DNA of 64,000 bases, taken from assembly GCA_009924895.1 (NCBI GenBank), contig RFQR01000001.1:15575-79574 (forward strand), in the 5' to 3' direction. The stretch is from a bacterium. GTDB lineage: Bacteria > Patescibacteriota > Minisyncoccia > Phycocordibacterales > UBA2100. A model generated the notes under the pieces. The model ran no database searches. It was not told where the DNA came from and was given only the letters and a program-made list of their open reading frames with translations. Each line of letters opens with the position of its first letter. Position 1 is the first letter of the stretch. A program made the position numbers and the translations under genes. This document shows positions 9,243 through 18,867 of this stretch, piece by piece.

Positions 9243-10661
9243 ATGAACTCGCCTTATGACGAGCCGACCACTCTGGTCATATTTGGCGCAACGGGGGACC
9301 TCTCTTCGAGAAAAATATTTCCTTCGCTTTTTTACTTGTATCAACAGGGGCGTTTGCCAGAGCGTGCGGCAATCATCGGGTATTCGCGCCGAGAGCTCCC
9401 CAACGAGGATTTTCGTACCATGGTGAAAGAGTCCCTCGTAGGTAAGATGAATATGCCAGAAAATATCGATGCGTTTCTCTCACTCTTCTCATACCATCGT
9501 GGCACGTTTGACGAAGCGACAGCATTTGAGTCACTGGCACAGACCATTGAAAGCAAGGAAAAAGCCTGGGGACAGTGCGGAAACAAGCTTTTCTATCTCT
9601 CAGTGCCACCCGAATCGTATCCGCCTATTTTTCAAAATCTTGCACATACGAAATTAAATATTCCTTGTGGTGGCAAGCTGGGGTGGAGTCGAGTGCTCAT
9701 CGAGAAGCCGTTTGGTTCTGACGGAAAAACTGCCCACGAACTTCAAACGCTTCTGAGCACCTATTTTACCGAAGACCAACTCTACCGTATCGACCACTAT
9801 CTCTTTAAGGAAATAGTGCAAGGTATAGAGCATTTTCGTTTCTCAAACAATCTGTTTGAGAATCGATGGGGGAACGACACAGTGGCTCAAATAGACATTC
9901 GACTTCTTGAATCAATCGGCGTGGAATCGCGTGGAGCATTTTATGACAAAGTCGGTGCCTTTCGTGATGTGGGACAAAATCATCTTCTCGCCATGCTCGC
10001 TGCGATTACTGCGCAGTATCCAGCAGGAAGTGGTGTTGAAGAAATACAGGGCGAGCGTGCAAAGGCACTGAGCGCGCTTGCGCCGTGGACCGATGAGAGT
10101 ATCGCACAATCCACTTATCGAGCACAGTACCAAGGGTATCAATCAATAAAGGGCGTCGAACCGGGTTCAACGACAGAAACATATGTTGCACTCAAAACTG
10201 AATTACAGCTTCCGCAATGGAATGGTGTTCCAATCTTCCTCGAGGCGGGAAAGCGCACAGGAGAACCGCTCAAAGAAATGGTGATAACGCTGCGTCATCC
10301 CAAAAAATGTCTCTTGTGTACGGTAGGTTCACATGGAGCAAATACAATTACCTTTCGTCTCGAGCCAAACGATGAGATTGTCATAAAGTTTTGGACAAAA
10401 AAGCCCGGATTTGAACGTGTGCTCGAAGAACGCGCATTCTCATTCTTTTTGTACGAAAAAGAAACGAAAGTCCAGTATGTTGAAGAGTATTCAAAGATAC
10501 TGAATGCAGCGATGGTGGGGGACCGTGCGCTCTTTGTCGGCCCTGATGAAATTAAAGCAATGTGGAAGTTTACTGATTTGGTGGTGGAGGCGTGGCAACG
10601 CAACGTGGTGCCACTCGATACATATCCCCCCGATACGCGACCGCTCCCCACGTTTAGATAG
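9243..10661 (+). CDS. zwf: Glucose-6-phosphate 1-dehydrogenase
   Basis: IFGATGDLS, IEKPFG, YRIDHYLFKE, RDVGQNHL motifs. Confidence 0.95.
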   Translation: MNSPYDEPTTLVIFGATGDLSSRKIFPSLFYLYQQGRLPERAAIIGYSRRELPNEDFRTMVKESLVGKMNMPENIDAFLSLFSYHRGTFDEATAFESLAQTIESKEKAWGQCGNKLFYLSVPPESYPPIFQNLAHTKLNIPCGGKLGWSRVLIEKPFGSDGKTAHELQTLLSTYFTEDQLYRIDHYLFKEIVQGIEHFRFSNNLFENRWGNDTVAQIDIRLLESIGVESRGAFYDKVGAFRDVGQNHLLAMLAAITAQYPAGSGVEEIQGERAKALSALAPWTDESIAQSTYRAQYQGYQSIKGVEPGSTTETYVALKTELQLPQWNGVPIFLEAGKRTGEPLKEMVITLRHPKKCLLCTVGSHGANTITFRLEPNDEIVIKFWTKKPGFERVLEERAFSFFLYEKETKVQYVEEYSKILNAAMVGDRALFVGPDEIKAMWKFTDLVVEAWQRNVVPLDTYPPDTRPLPTFR

Positions 10662-10669
10662 AACATACG

Positions 10670-10704
10670 TACAAAAACCACTCCGCAAAGGAGTGGTTTT
10701 TGTA
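10670..10704. terminator. Bidirectional intrinsic terminator
   Basis: TACAAAAACCACTCC-GCAAA-GGAGTGGTTTTTGTA. Confidence 0.85.
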
Positions 10705-10712
10705 TATATTTT

Positions 10713-11006
10713 TTACTTCTGTCCGTGCATTTTCTTTACTTCTGAAATCCCGTCTTTAACACCTTTTGCAACTTGCTTACTAAAAACTGAGAGTTCATCC
10801 GCAAGTTTTTTCATGCCGAGTTTGGCAAGGCGCAATTCTTCTTTTGCCTTTGCTTGCGCAGGCTTACTATCGTTCCACGCATCAGCAGCTTTCTTCTTGG
10901 TCTTTACTGCCGCGTCTTTTGCAGCCACTTTGAGTGCGTCTGCTTTTTTTGCGGTGTTGATAATTGCGTCGCGAACGAGTGCGGCGATGTTCTGCTGGTC
11001 TGCCAT
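10713..11006 (-). CDS. Small Ala/Lys-rich helical hypothetical protein
   Basis: ORF starting MADQQNIAALVRD...; ends at a shared terminator. Confidence 0.7.
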   Translation of the reverse strand: MADQQNIAALVRDAIINTAKKADALKVAAKDAAVKTKKKAADAWNDSKPAQAKAKEELRLAKLGMKKLADELSVFSKQVAKGVKDGISEVKKMHGQK

Positions 11007-11067
11007 AGAAATATGATTATTTGATATGAGGAAAGTATAGCAGGTCATTGTACGCTACAATAATTAG

Positions 11068-11490
11068 ATGTTTCCCAACATCAAAACCTTCTCTGCCTCT
11101 ACTCGCACCGCACAAGAGGCGGCGGATCAAATAGGCTGCGCGCTTGGCGCTATCGGTAAGTCACTTATTTTTCGAAGTGGGGACGATATGATTTTAATAA
11201 TTACGAGTGGTACGAATCGCGTTGATACGGAGCGTGTGGGCAAAGAACTTGGGGTGACACTTGGCAAAGCAGATGCTGATTTTGTGAAAGCAAAAACTGG
11301 CTTTTCTATCGGCGGTGTCGCGCCATGGGGATATGAGCGCCCCGCGTACGTAGTTATTGATGCTGATTTAGAGCAGTACCCCGAAATATGGGCCGCCGCA
11401 GGAACGCCACACTCAGTTTTTCCCACAACCTTCGGAGAATTACAAGAAAAGACTAGGGGTGTTGTTATGAAAGTCGCTTCGGGTGCATAA
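11068..11490 (+). CDS. YbaK/EbsC-family aminoacyl-tRNA deacylase
   Basis: IGKSLIF, TGFSIGGVAP, WAAAG motifs. Confidence 0.9.
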   Translation: MFPNIKTFSASTRTAQEAADQIGCALGAIGKSLIFRSGDDMILIITSGTNRVDTERVGKELGVTLGKADADFVKAKTGFSIGGVAPWGYERPAYVVIDADLEQYPEIWAAAGTPHSVFPTTFGELQEKTRGVVMKVASGA

Positions 11491-11508
11491 GTACGGTACA
11501 CTCGCGGT

Positions 11509-12285
11509 ATGAGCATTTCTTTGCTTCTTATCGCGATTGCAGAGGGCCTCACCGAGTTTCTGCCAGTTTCTTCAACAGCACACCTGATTTTGATAGGGAA
11601 AATTGCCACGGTTAATCTAACAGACCCGTACGTCAAGTTTTATATTCTGTTTATTCAGTTGGGAGCGCTCGTTGCCGGAGTGATGCTGTTTAGCAAACGC
11701 ATCCTTACCGACAAAAGTTTGATCGTGAATATTAGTGCGAGTTTTCTCCCGACCGCGGTGATTGGTTTTACGCTCTACAAGCTATTTAAGCACCTACTTG
11801 AAGGTAATCTCATTCTCATGGCAGTGGCACTCGTACTTGGCGGCGTACTCCTTATCTCTATTGAAAAGCTCATTGCACAGCGTGCAGCAATTGAGGACTA
11901 CGGCCGTGACACTATCACTATCAAGGATGCTTTTTTGATCGGGTGTGCACAAGCATTTGCAATGGTGCCGGGCGTGTCTCGTTCGGGAGCGACAATTATT
12001 GCAGGAATTTTTATGAATATCCGCAAGGCAGTCATTGTCGAATATACGTTTTTGCTCGCACTTCCGACGCTTGGGGCGGCGGTGTTGTATGACGGATATA
12101 AATCGCTCGACATGCTCTCGAATATCGCATCATGGAATGAGCTTCTGCTCGGGTTTCTGATTGCTGCTATTACTGCGTTCGTAACCCTCATAGTGCTGCG
12201 CAAATATCTTCCCACTATTTCCCTTGCGTGGTTTGGGTGGTATCGCATCATTCTCGCTACGCTAATTCTTATTACGCTTTGGTAG
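11509..12285 (+). CDS. uppP: Undecaprenyl-diphosphatase (BacA/UppP)
   Basis: EGLTEFLPVSSTAH and PGVSRSGAT motifs. Confidence 0.95.
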   Translation: MSISLLLIAIAEGLTEFLPVSSTAHLILIGKIATVNLTDPYVKFYILFIQLGALVAGVMLFSKRILTDKSLIVNISASFLPTAVIGFTLYKLFKHLLEGNLILMAVALVLGGVLLISIEKLIAQRAAIEDYGRDTITIKDAFLIGCAQAFAMVPGVSRSGATIIAGIFMNIRKAVIVEYTFLLALPTLGAAVLYDGYKSLDMLSNIASWNELLLGFLIAAITAFVTLIVLRKYLPTISLAWFGWYRIILATLILITLW

Positions 12286-12289
12286 CTGT

Positions 12290-13987
12290 ATGCTTCAATC
12301 GGAGGCGCTTTCGGTATTAAAAACAGGAGTCAACGTTTTTCTCACCGGTGAACCAGGGAGTGGCAAGACACATACGATCAATGCATATGTCGAGTATGCG
12401 CGCTCCTGTGGCATCGAGCCTTCGATTACCGCTTCGACAGGGATTGCTGCAACGCATGTTGGTGGCATGACTATTCATGCGTGGAGTGGCATTGGGGTAC
12501 GCAAGGATTTATCTGCATACGACCTTGACGCGATTGCGGGCAATAAAAATGTCCACAGCCGGGTCCGACATGCGCAGATACTCATTATTGATGAAATTTC
12601 TATGCTTTCCGCACGGACACTTGATATGGTAGATACGGTCTGCAGGGAAGTACGCGGGAATCAGAGCCCGTTTGGCGGCCTTCAAGTCATTCTGGTAGGA
12701 GATTTTTTCCAATTGCCACCGGTCTCGCGCGCAGAAGCGGACGACGAAGGACAGATACGGATAGCTGAAGAAAGACGAGAAAAGTTTGCCTACGAATCGC
12801 GTGCGTGGGCAGACCTTAATCCGCTGGTCTGCTATTTGTCAGAGCAGCATCGCCAAGTAGATGGTCCGTTTCTTGAAATCCTCTCAACGCTTCGTCGTGC
12901 GACTTTCGGCGAAGATCAGAAAAAGATTTTGCGCACACGCTATGCGCGCGTAGCGCCAGAGGGAGTCACGCAATTGTACGCGCACAATGCGAATGTGGAC
13001 GTGATAAACATGAAAGAACTCGAGAAGCTGTCGGGAAAGGTGGTTGAATTTGGTATGCACGGGAAAGGCCCCGAGAAGGTAGTTAACTCTTTGAGGCGCA
13101 GTTGTTTGTCGCCCGAAAAGCTGCTTCTCAAAGTCGGGGCGCGCGTCATGTTTACTAAAAACGATCTCGCCCCACAAAAATATGTAAATGGAACTCTCGG
13201 TACTGTGACAGGCTTTGCCGATAGTGGTTTTCCTGTGGTAGAGACTCGAGCGGGGACGGTGATTGCAGAACCAGATGAATGGCACGTGGAAGATGGAGGG
13301 CGCATCATAGCGCGGATTATGCAGGTACCCCTTCGTCTCGCATGGGCAATAACGGTACATAAAAGTCAGGGAATGTCACTCGATGCAGTACATATGGACC
13401 TCTCGAGCACGTTTGAATACGGACAAGGATATGTGGCGCTTTCGCGTGCGCGCACGCTCGCAGGTCTTTCGATTGCCGGACTCAATCAACGTGCAACCGA
13501 AGTCCATCCTGATGTGTTGCAAGAAGATGAGAAGTTTCGCGAAAAGTCAGAAAAAGTACAAAAGCATTTTCAAAGCGTGTCCGTGGCAGAAATAGAAACT
13601 CTGCACGCAAATTTTATTCGCGCTTGTGGTGGCAAGTTCGGTGCGGGAAGGAATGTGAAAGAAAAGCAGCAGCCCGGTTCCTCGCTCGAAATCACTCTCA
13701 AATTAATTAAAGCAGGGAATGGTATTGCAGAAATCGCCAAAGAGCGAGAACTGAAAGTAGCTACCATTATTGACCATCTAGAACAGCTCAAAGATTTGAG
13801 AAGGCTTGATATGGCTCGTGATTGTGCGCACCTTACTAAACCAAAACACCTCGAAAAGATGCAGGAAGCATTGCTCGCTACTGCCGATGAATCTGGAAAC
13901 ATGCCACTCTCGCCCGCCCGTGCATTTTTAGGTGAACGCTATTCATTTGACGACCTTCGTCTCGCCAGACTTTTTTTTAAGGAGTAG
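12290..13987 (+). CDS. Pif1-family SF1B helicase with C-terminal HTH
   Basis: GEPGSGKT, DEISM, GDFFQLPP, LAWAITVHKSQG, GQGYVALSR; C-terminal IAKERELKVATIIDHL HTH. Confidence 0.92.
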   Translation: MLQSEALSVLKTGVNVFLTGEPGSGKTHTINAYVEYARSCGIEPSITASTGIAATHVGGMTIHAWSGIGVRKDLSAYDLDAIAGNKNVHSRVRHAQILIIDEISMLSARTLDMVDTVCREVRGNQSPFGGLQVILVGDFFQLPPVSRAEADDEGQIRIAEERREKFAYESRAWADLNPLVCYLSEQHRQVDGPFLEILSTLRRATFGEDQKKILRTRYARVAPEGVTQLYAHNANVDVINMKELEKLSGKVVEFGMHGKGPEKVVNSLRRSCLSPEKLLLKVGARVMFTKNDLAPQKYVNGTLGTVTGFADSGFPVVETRAGTVIAEPDEWHVEDGGRIIARIMQVPLRLAWAITVHKSQGMSLDAVHMDLSSTFEYGQGYVALSRARTLAGLSIAGLNQRATEVHPDVLQEDEKFREKSEKVQKHFQSVSVAEIETLHANFIRACGGKFGAGRNVKEKQQPGSSLEITLKLIKAGNGIAEIAKERELKVATIIDHLEQLKDLRRLDMARDCAHLTKPKHLEKMQEALLATADESGNMPLSPARAFLGERYSFDDLRLARLFFKE

Positions 13988-14028
13988 GCAGTCTAGCTTT
14001 ATCGAGTCCCTCAATAGTGAATACACTA

Positions 14029-14066
14029 TGTACCATAATATGTCCGACCGGACATCACATGGTACA
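14029..14066. repeat. 38-bp palindrome, copy 1 (overlaps -10 of the downstream gene)
   Basis: TGTACCAT-AAT-ATGTCCG-AC-CGGACAT-CAC-ATGGTACA. Confidence 0.9.
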
Positions 14067-14074
14067 CTAAGAAT

Positions 14075-14662
14075 ATGGAAGGTTTAGAAAAAAGAACAGC
14101 TAAGAAAGTGAGGCGTAGAAAGATTCAAGATGGAATAATGGCGGTACTGTTGGGGATGACTGCGATAGGACTTATGTTTACTGCACCAAATGCACTCCGA
14201 TTGCTCAAAAAGTTTGATCCGGATCTGGGGCGCAAACGAAACCCCGGAACGCGCGTTCGTCAGGCGATGAAAAGACTAGAAGGGCGAGGGTTGGTTGTAG
14301 GAATAGAAGAAAACGGTACGACTCGCTTTGTTTTGACCGAGAAGGGAAAGAGGTATGCCGAGCGGCTTGCTGAAGCAGAGTCACTGCATATCCCTATACC
14401 AAAAAGGTGGGATGGAAGGTGGCGTGTGGTGATTTTCGACATCTGGGAACGCCGAAGGGAAGTAAGAAGACAATTTAGAAACATGTTGAAGAAGATAGGA
14501 TTTGTTCTGGTGCAAGATAGTGTTTGGGTGTACCCCTACGATTGCGAAGAGGTTATTGCATTTATTCGCACGCATTTGCGACTTGGAAAGGGTGCTCTGT
14601 ATATGATTGCCGATGGAATAGAAGGAGACAAGAAGTTACGTGAACATTTTAACCTTTCATAG
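14075..14662 (+). CDS. wHTH + PaaX/Cas2-like domain protein (solo; no CRISPR array or cas1 in window)
   Basis: wHTH (VRQAMKRLEGRGLV...FVLTEKG), then WDGRWRVVIFDI...LKKIGFVLVQDSVWVYPY typical of the PaaX central/Cas2-like fold. Confidence 0.8.
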   Translation: MEGLEKRTAKKVRRRKIQDGIMAVLLGMTAIGLMFTAPNALRLLKKFDPDLGRKRNPGTRVRQAMKRLEGRGLVVGIEENGTTRFVLTEKGKRYAERLAEAESLHIPIPKRWDGRWRVVIFDIWERRREVRRQFRNMLKKIGFVLVQDSVWVYPYDCEEVIAFIRTHLRLGKGALYMIADGIEGDKKLREHFNLS

Positions 14663-14716
14663 GTTATTTGTGAGAGGATTTATCATACTTTTCGTATTTT
14701 GCTCTATTGTTCTAAC

Positions 14717-14754
14717 TGTACCATAGCATGTCCGACCGGACATACTATGGTACA
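14717..14754. repeat. 38-bp palindrome, copy 2
   Basis: TGTACCAT-AGC-ATGTCCG-AC-CGGACAT-ACT-ATGGTACA; 33/38 identical to copy 1. Confidence 0.9.
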
Positions 14755-14798
14755 TAGTTTAGGTGTGTGAGGAATGAAGGGTATGCTATATTCATGAG

Positions 14799-15344
14799 AT
14801 GATACCGACACGAGAAGAGGCGCAGAAGCTTTTGTTTGAACACGTGAAAGACGAATATCAGCGTCACCACGCGCTCATGGTAGGTACCGCACTTGGTGAG
14901 TATGGAAAAAAGTTTGGCGAAAATGCAGATCTCTGGTTTATGACCGGTTATTTGCACGATATTGATTTTGAAGAGCATCCAACAGAGCATCCAGCGCGGT
15001 CATTGCAGTGGTTTAAGGAATGGGGGTACCCAGTAGAACTTATTCAAGCAGTTGAAGTGCATGCACTTGGGTACAATGGTTTTACGACCGAGCCACAGAG
15101 CAAACTCGATGCTGCGATTATTGCGTGTGATGAGGTTTGCGGCATCTTCTACGCGTACTCAAAAGTAAATCCATGCAAATACGGCGACATGAAAGCATCT
15201 TCGATTTTGAAGCGTATTCGCGAAGTAAACTTCGCTCCAAAGATAAGTAGGGGAGATATTCACTATGGCTGCGAGAAGTTAGGTGTGACGATTGACGAGC
15301 ACGTCAACAATTTGATTGGATTTTTTAAGGAGTCAGGAATCTAG
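14799..15344 (+). CDS. HD-domain phosphohydrolase
   Basis: H...GYLHDIDFE...H...ACDE motif pattern. Confidence 0.85.
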   Translation: MIPTREEAQKLLFEHVKDEYQRHHALMVGTALGEYGKKFGENADLWFMTGYLHDIDFEEHPTEHPARSLQWFKEWGYPVELIQAVEVHALGYNGFTTEPQSKLDAAIIACDEVCGIFYAYSKVNPCKYGDMKASSILKRIREVNFAPKISRGDIHYGCEKLGVTIDEHVNNLIGFFKESGI

Positions 15345-15985
15345 GCCCTCGCAAGGGCAATCAAAGTAACTTCCGCACCTGCTTTTTTGAGCGGCGTCGC
15401 TGCGTTTACGAGAGTGGCGCCCGTGGTTGTGACATCGTCGATGAGAATTATCTGAGCCCCTTTCACTACCTCAGGACTGGTAACATCAAAAGCACCAGCA
15501 ACGTTAGAAAGTCTTTCTTGTCGCGAGAGTTTTGTTTGCTGCTTTGTATCACGAGAGCGATGAAGGACCTCTGTGGCAAGAGTTGAGTAGGTGCCATTTT
15601 GAAATTCTTGTGACAGCTGTTTCAGCACTTTTTCTATCTGATTAAATCCACGTGATTGTATACGGTTACGGTGGAGGGGGAGGGGCACGAGCAAGATAGG
15701 CTTTTTTGAAAAAAATCGCAGTGTAGTAATTTCTTCACGCAGATATTCGCCCAGCATCTGGGCGAGGAGTCTCGCTGCGTGGTCTGATTGTTCATACTTA
15801 AGGGCTCGAATGCAGTCATCAACAGCAGGCGACTTGTAGGAGAAAAGCGTGGTGATAGTAGAGCCGAGAAGTGTATGTTTCTCAGGGGTTAACAGAAAAT
15901 CGTCGACACTGCGTGATTGTGTACGTGCCGCATGCTCTTTGCGGGGAAGAATAAAGTCGAGGAGTGTCTCGACGTAGTTCCACAT
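15341..15985 (-). CDS. comF: ComF family phosphoribosyltransferase-domain protein
   Basis: VPLPLH...RGFNQ and ILLIDDVTTTGAT-type PRT motif (IILIDDVTTTGAT). Start at MWNY avoids overlap with the divergent gene. Confidence 0.85.
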   Translation of the reverse strand: MWNYVETLLDFILPRKEHAARTQSRSVDDFLLTPEKHTLLGSTITTLFSYKSPAVDDCIRALKYEQSDHAARLLAQMLGEYLREEITTLRFFSKKPILLVPLPLHRNRIQSRGFNQIEKVLKQLSQEFQNGTYSTLATEVLHRSRDTKQQTKLSRQERLSNVAGAFDVTSPEVVKGAQIILIDDVTTTGATLVNAATPLKKAGAEVTLIALARA

Positions 15986-15999
15986 GATAGAATTGTCGC

Positions 16000-16326
16000 A
16001 TGAGTTTATCGCAACAACACTGTGTTCCGTGCGAGGGTGGGGTAGAACCTCTGAATACAGAGGAAGTGTCAAAGCTCATTTCGCAAGTATCAGATTGGGA
16101 ACTTTCCAGTACTAACACTGTAATCTCAAAGCAATTCAAGTTTCCTGACTTTAAAAGCGCCCTCTCGTTTGTAAACAAAGTGGGTGACATTGCAGAGTCA
16201 GAAGGCCATCATCCTGACATAACTTTGAGTTGGGGAAAGGTAGAAATCGCACTCACTACCCATGCGATTAAGGGGCTTTCTACGAACGACTTTGTTCTCG
16301 CGTCGAAAATTGATGCACTTATTTGA
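16000..16326 (+). CDS. Pterin-4-alpha-carbinolamine dehydratase
   Basis: AESEGHHPDI, TTHAIKGLSTNDF motifs. Confidence 0.92.
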   Translation: MSLSQQHCVPCEGGVEPLNTEEVSKLISQVSDWELSSTNTVISKQFKFPDFKSALSFVNKVGDIAESEGHHPDITLSWGKVEIALTTHAIKGLSTNDFVLASKIDALI

Positions 16327-17347
16327 GAAGCATCCCGTCGCCGAATGAGAAAAATTTAAAGCCTTTTTGTTTTGCAAACGCGTAGAGTGCGAGGAGCTTT
16401 TCACGTCCGATGAGTGCTGAAACGAGCATAAGGAGTGATGATTTTGGTACATGAAAGTTAGTGATCATACCGTCGATGATGCGCCAGGTGTATCCTTCGC
16501 GGATAAACAGGTTGGTGGTTCCGACAGCTTTCACCGCTCTTTTCTGGTATGCGGATTCAAGGGTGCGTGTTGCGGTGGTGCCCACGGTGATTACAGGCCA
16601 GCCTTCACGCTTTGCCCGAGCAATTTTCTTCTGGGTTTCCTTTGGGATCTCATACCACTCGGTATGGAGGGTTCCAGTTTTGAGATGTTCTTCAGTGAGT
16701 GGGGCAAACGTTCCGAGTCCTACATGGAGGGTGATGTATCCGATGTCATGACCCGCAGCACGCAGTTTTTTCATAAGACGCCTGGTGAAGTGGAGCGATG
16801 CAGTTGGTGCGGCCACCGATCCTGCCCGTTTTGCAAAAATTGTTTGATATTTCTCTCGTAGTTCATGCTCGGTGAGCGTTGTGTGTTTGAGGTACGGCGG
16901 AATCGGGGTAGAGCCATGGTGCGATAGAAGGTTTTCAAACGAATGACCGGAAAAAGAAAGTGTGTAGATAGAATCTTCTTTTTTGATGACAGTTACACCT
17001 GCGTGTTTTGTGGCGGCAAGTGTTTGTCCTACTTCAAGGTTGCGCGGGGAAAGAGCAGTGAGAGTTTTGGTTTTCTTGTCATAGGAAAGGCAGAGGATTT
17101 CTACCTTGCCACCAGTAGGGAGAAAAACCGAGAGGCGAGCTGGAATGACTTTAGTGTCATTAAAGATGAGAAGTGATTTTTCGGGGAGATATTTTTCGAG
17201 ATGAAGAAAGGTGTCGGTTACGACTTCACCACTTTCCCGGTCATACACCAAAAGCTTTGCGCTGTCCCTTGGCGATGCGGGCACTTCAGCAATATCCTCC
17301 TTGGGGAGAAGGAAACCATAGAGAGAAAGGGTTTCTTCGAGGTTCAT
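16319..17347 (-). CDS. queA: SAM:tRNA ribosyltransferase-isomerase
   Basis: NDTKVIPAR, PPY, GSVAAPTASLHF, VGTT, TNFHVPKS, FSFGD motifs. Confidence 0.95.
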   Translation of the reverse strand: MNLEETLSLYGFLLPKEDIAEVPASPRDSAKLLVYDRESGEVVTDTFLHLEKYLPEKSLLIFNDTKVIPARLSVFLPTGGKVEILCLSYDKKTKTLTALSPRNLEVGQTLAATKHAGVTVIKKEDSIYTLSFSGHSFENLLSHHGSTPIPPYLKHTTLTEHELREKYQTIFAKRAGSVAAPTASLHFTRRLMKKLRAAGHDIGYITLHVGLGTFAPLTEEHLKTGTLHTEWYEIPKETQKKIARAKREGWPVITVGTTATRTLESAYQKRAVKAVGTTNLFIREGYTWRIIDGMITNFHVPKSSLLMLVSALIGREKLLALYAFAKQKGFKFFSFGDGMLLK

Positions 17348-17385
17348 CGCAAGGTACTGTAGCAAACTCAAAATAAAGTATTGTA

Positions 17386-17414
17386 TTGACAATATTCAGT
17401 ATACACATTATAAT
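17386..17414 (+). promoter_or_regulatory. Consensus sigma70 promoter
   Basis: TTGACA-N17-TATAAT. Confidence 0.85.
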
Positions 17415-17453
17415 ATTAATTGAAAATGTCGCTCAACTTGAGAGGAACAGGTC

Positions 17454-17786
17454 ATGCGCACTTGGCTTTTCTACAAGACGAAATTAATCGACGGGGCGTA
17501 CGAAGTCGACATTCGGAGAGTGGATTACCAAGGAATCTCCGAGTCGTTCCCGGCTGCGTTGAAGCGTGCAGCAGTATGCGCTAACGAACTCAATCTCGAA
17601 CGCGCTATCGAAATGATGGTGCGGGCAGCAGGATGGGTAGGTGAACCGCCCCGGTCCGCCGATCATCTACAACTCCCCGTTCTTGATCTGTTTTCGGATA
17701 TGCTTCGCAAGCGCATTGAAATAATACAGATTATGCATGGTGGCAAGTTTCATTCCCGTGAGTTCATGTGTGCGCAACAGGTTTGA
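17454..17786 (+). CDS. SD-led orphan ORF, 3' end antisense to tgt
   Basis: Consensus promoter upstream; GAGAGGA 7 nt before the ATG. Confidence 0.5.
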   Translation: MRTWLFYKTKLIDGAYEVDIRRVDYQGISESFPAALKRAAVCANELNLERAIEMMVRAAGWVGEPPRSADHLQLPVLDLFSDMLRKRIEIIQIMHGGKFHSREFMCAQQV

Positions 17787-18806
17787 AATATAAGAACGAG
17801 TATACGTTTTACAGACCGGGCATGAGCACTTCGGGTCAATTGGTTTGAAATCTTGTGTCATCATCGCTTTTTTAAGGTCGAGTTTGCCTTTACTGGTGAA
17901 GGCAGTGCCGTGGCGCGCATAGTGCGTCGGAGCGATACAGTCAAAGGTATCGATGCCAGCGCGCGCAGTGTAGGCAAAATCTTCTGGATGCCCGACGCCG
18001 AGAAGGTGGCGCGGCAAATTTTTTGGCAGCGCATCAGTGACTGCGCCGACTACTTTTTCCATCGCTTTTTTGTCATAGCCGAATTCGCCTCCGATGCCAA
18101 AGCCATCAAAGCCCATACCGCCAATAATGCGTGCACTCTCAAGGCGCAGGTGAGTAAAACCTCCACCCTGTACGATTCCGTAGAGACCTTGCTTGGTCTT
18201 TTTTGCGTCGAGGCACATTTGTGCCCAGCGGTGTGTCTTTTCGAGCGACTGCTTCATGTACTCCTCGTTTGCAAGTGGTGACGGACACTCGTCAAAAGCA
18301 AACATGATATCAGCGCCGATTGCTTCCTGGATTTTTATTGATTCTCGGGGGCTCAAGAACAGTTTGTCGCCATTAATAGGAGAGCGAAACTCGACACCAT
18401 CTTCACCGATTTTAATCTGTGATGGTTGCTGTTTAGTTTCGATGCTTTTTTCTTTTTCTTCTTTCAAAATTTTACCGACGCCATGGTCGCGTCCAAAACC
18501 AAATGAAAATACTTGAAAGCCACCACTATCAGTCATTACGGGTTTTTTCCAGTCCATATAGCCGTGCACACCGCCTGCCTTTTTTACGATTTTCTCGCCC
18601 GGGGTGAGGTGGAGGTGGAAGGTGTTTGAAATGAGCATTTGACTCCCGAGTGCTTCTATTTCGCGCGTGTCGAGCATGCGCACTGAGGCGCGCGTCGCGA
18701 CCGGAATAAACGCCGGCGTCTCCACTTCACCATGGGGTGTTTTCAAAATACCAAGACGCGCCCGGGACTTTTTTGATTGCTTGAGTAGTCTAAAGCTTAC
18801 TGACAT
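17667..18806 (-). CDS. tgt: tRNA-guanine transglycosylase
   Basis: TDSGGFQ, DEC, GIVQGG, RHLLGVG, DTFDC, CSCPVC Zn site, HN. Confidence 0.95.
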   Translation of the reverse strand: MSVSFRLLKQSKKSRARLGILKTPHGEVETPAFIPVATRASVRMLDTREIEALGSQMLISNTFHLHLTPGEKIVKKAGGVHGYMDWKKPVMTDSGGFQVFSFGFGRDHGVGKILKEEKEKSIETKQQPSQIKIGEDGVEFRSPINGDKLFLSPRESIKIQEAIGADIMFAFDECPSPLANEEYMKQSLEKTHRWAQMCLDAKKTKQGLYGIVQGGGFTHLRLESARIIGGMGFDGFGIGGEFGYDKKAMEKVVGAVTDALPKNLPRHLLGVGHPEDFAYTARAGIDTFDCIAPTHYARHGTAFTSKGKLDLKKAMMTQDFKPIDPKCSCPVCKTYTRSYISNLLRTHELTGMKLATMHNLYYFNALAKHIRKQIKNGEL

Positions 18807-18867
18807 GTGCACCACCTTACTATCATTCAGCCTTTCGCTCAACCGTCTCACGAAGTATGATGATGCT

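Noticed and set aside
14029-14754. CRISPR array next to the Cas2-like gene
   Set aside because: Only two repeat copies, separated by a whole gene rather than 30-40-bp spacers; no cas1 or other cas genes in the window.
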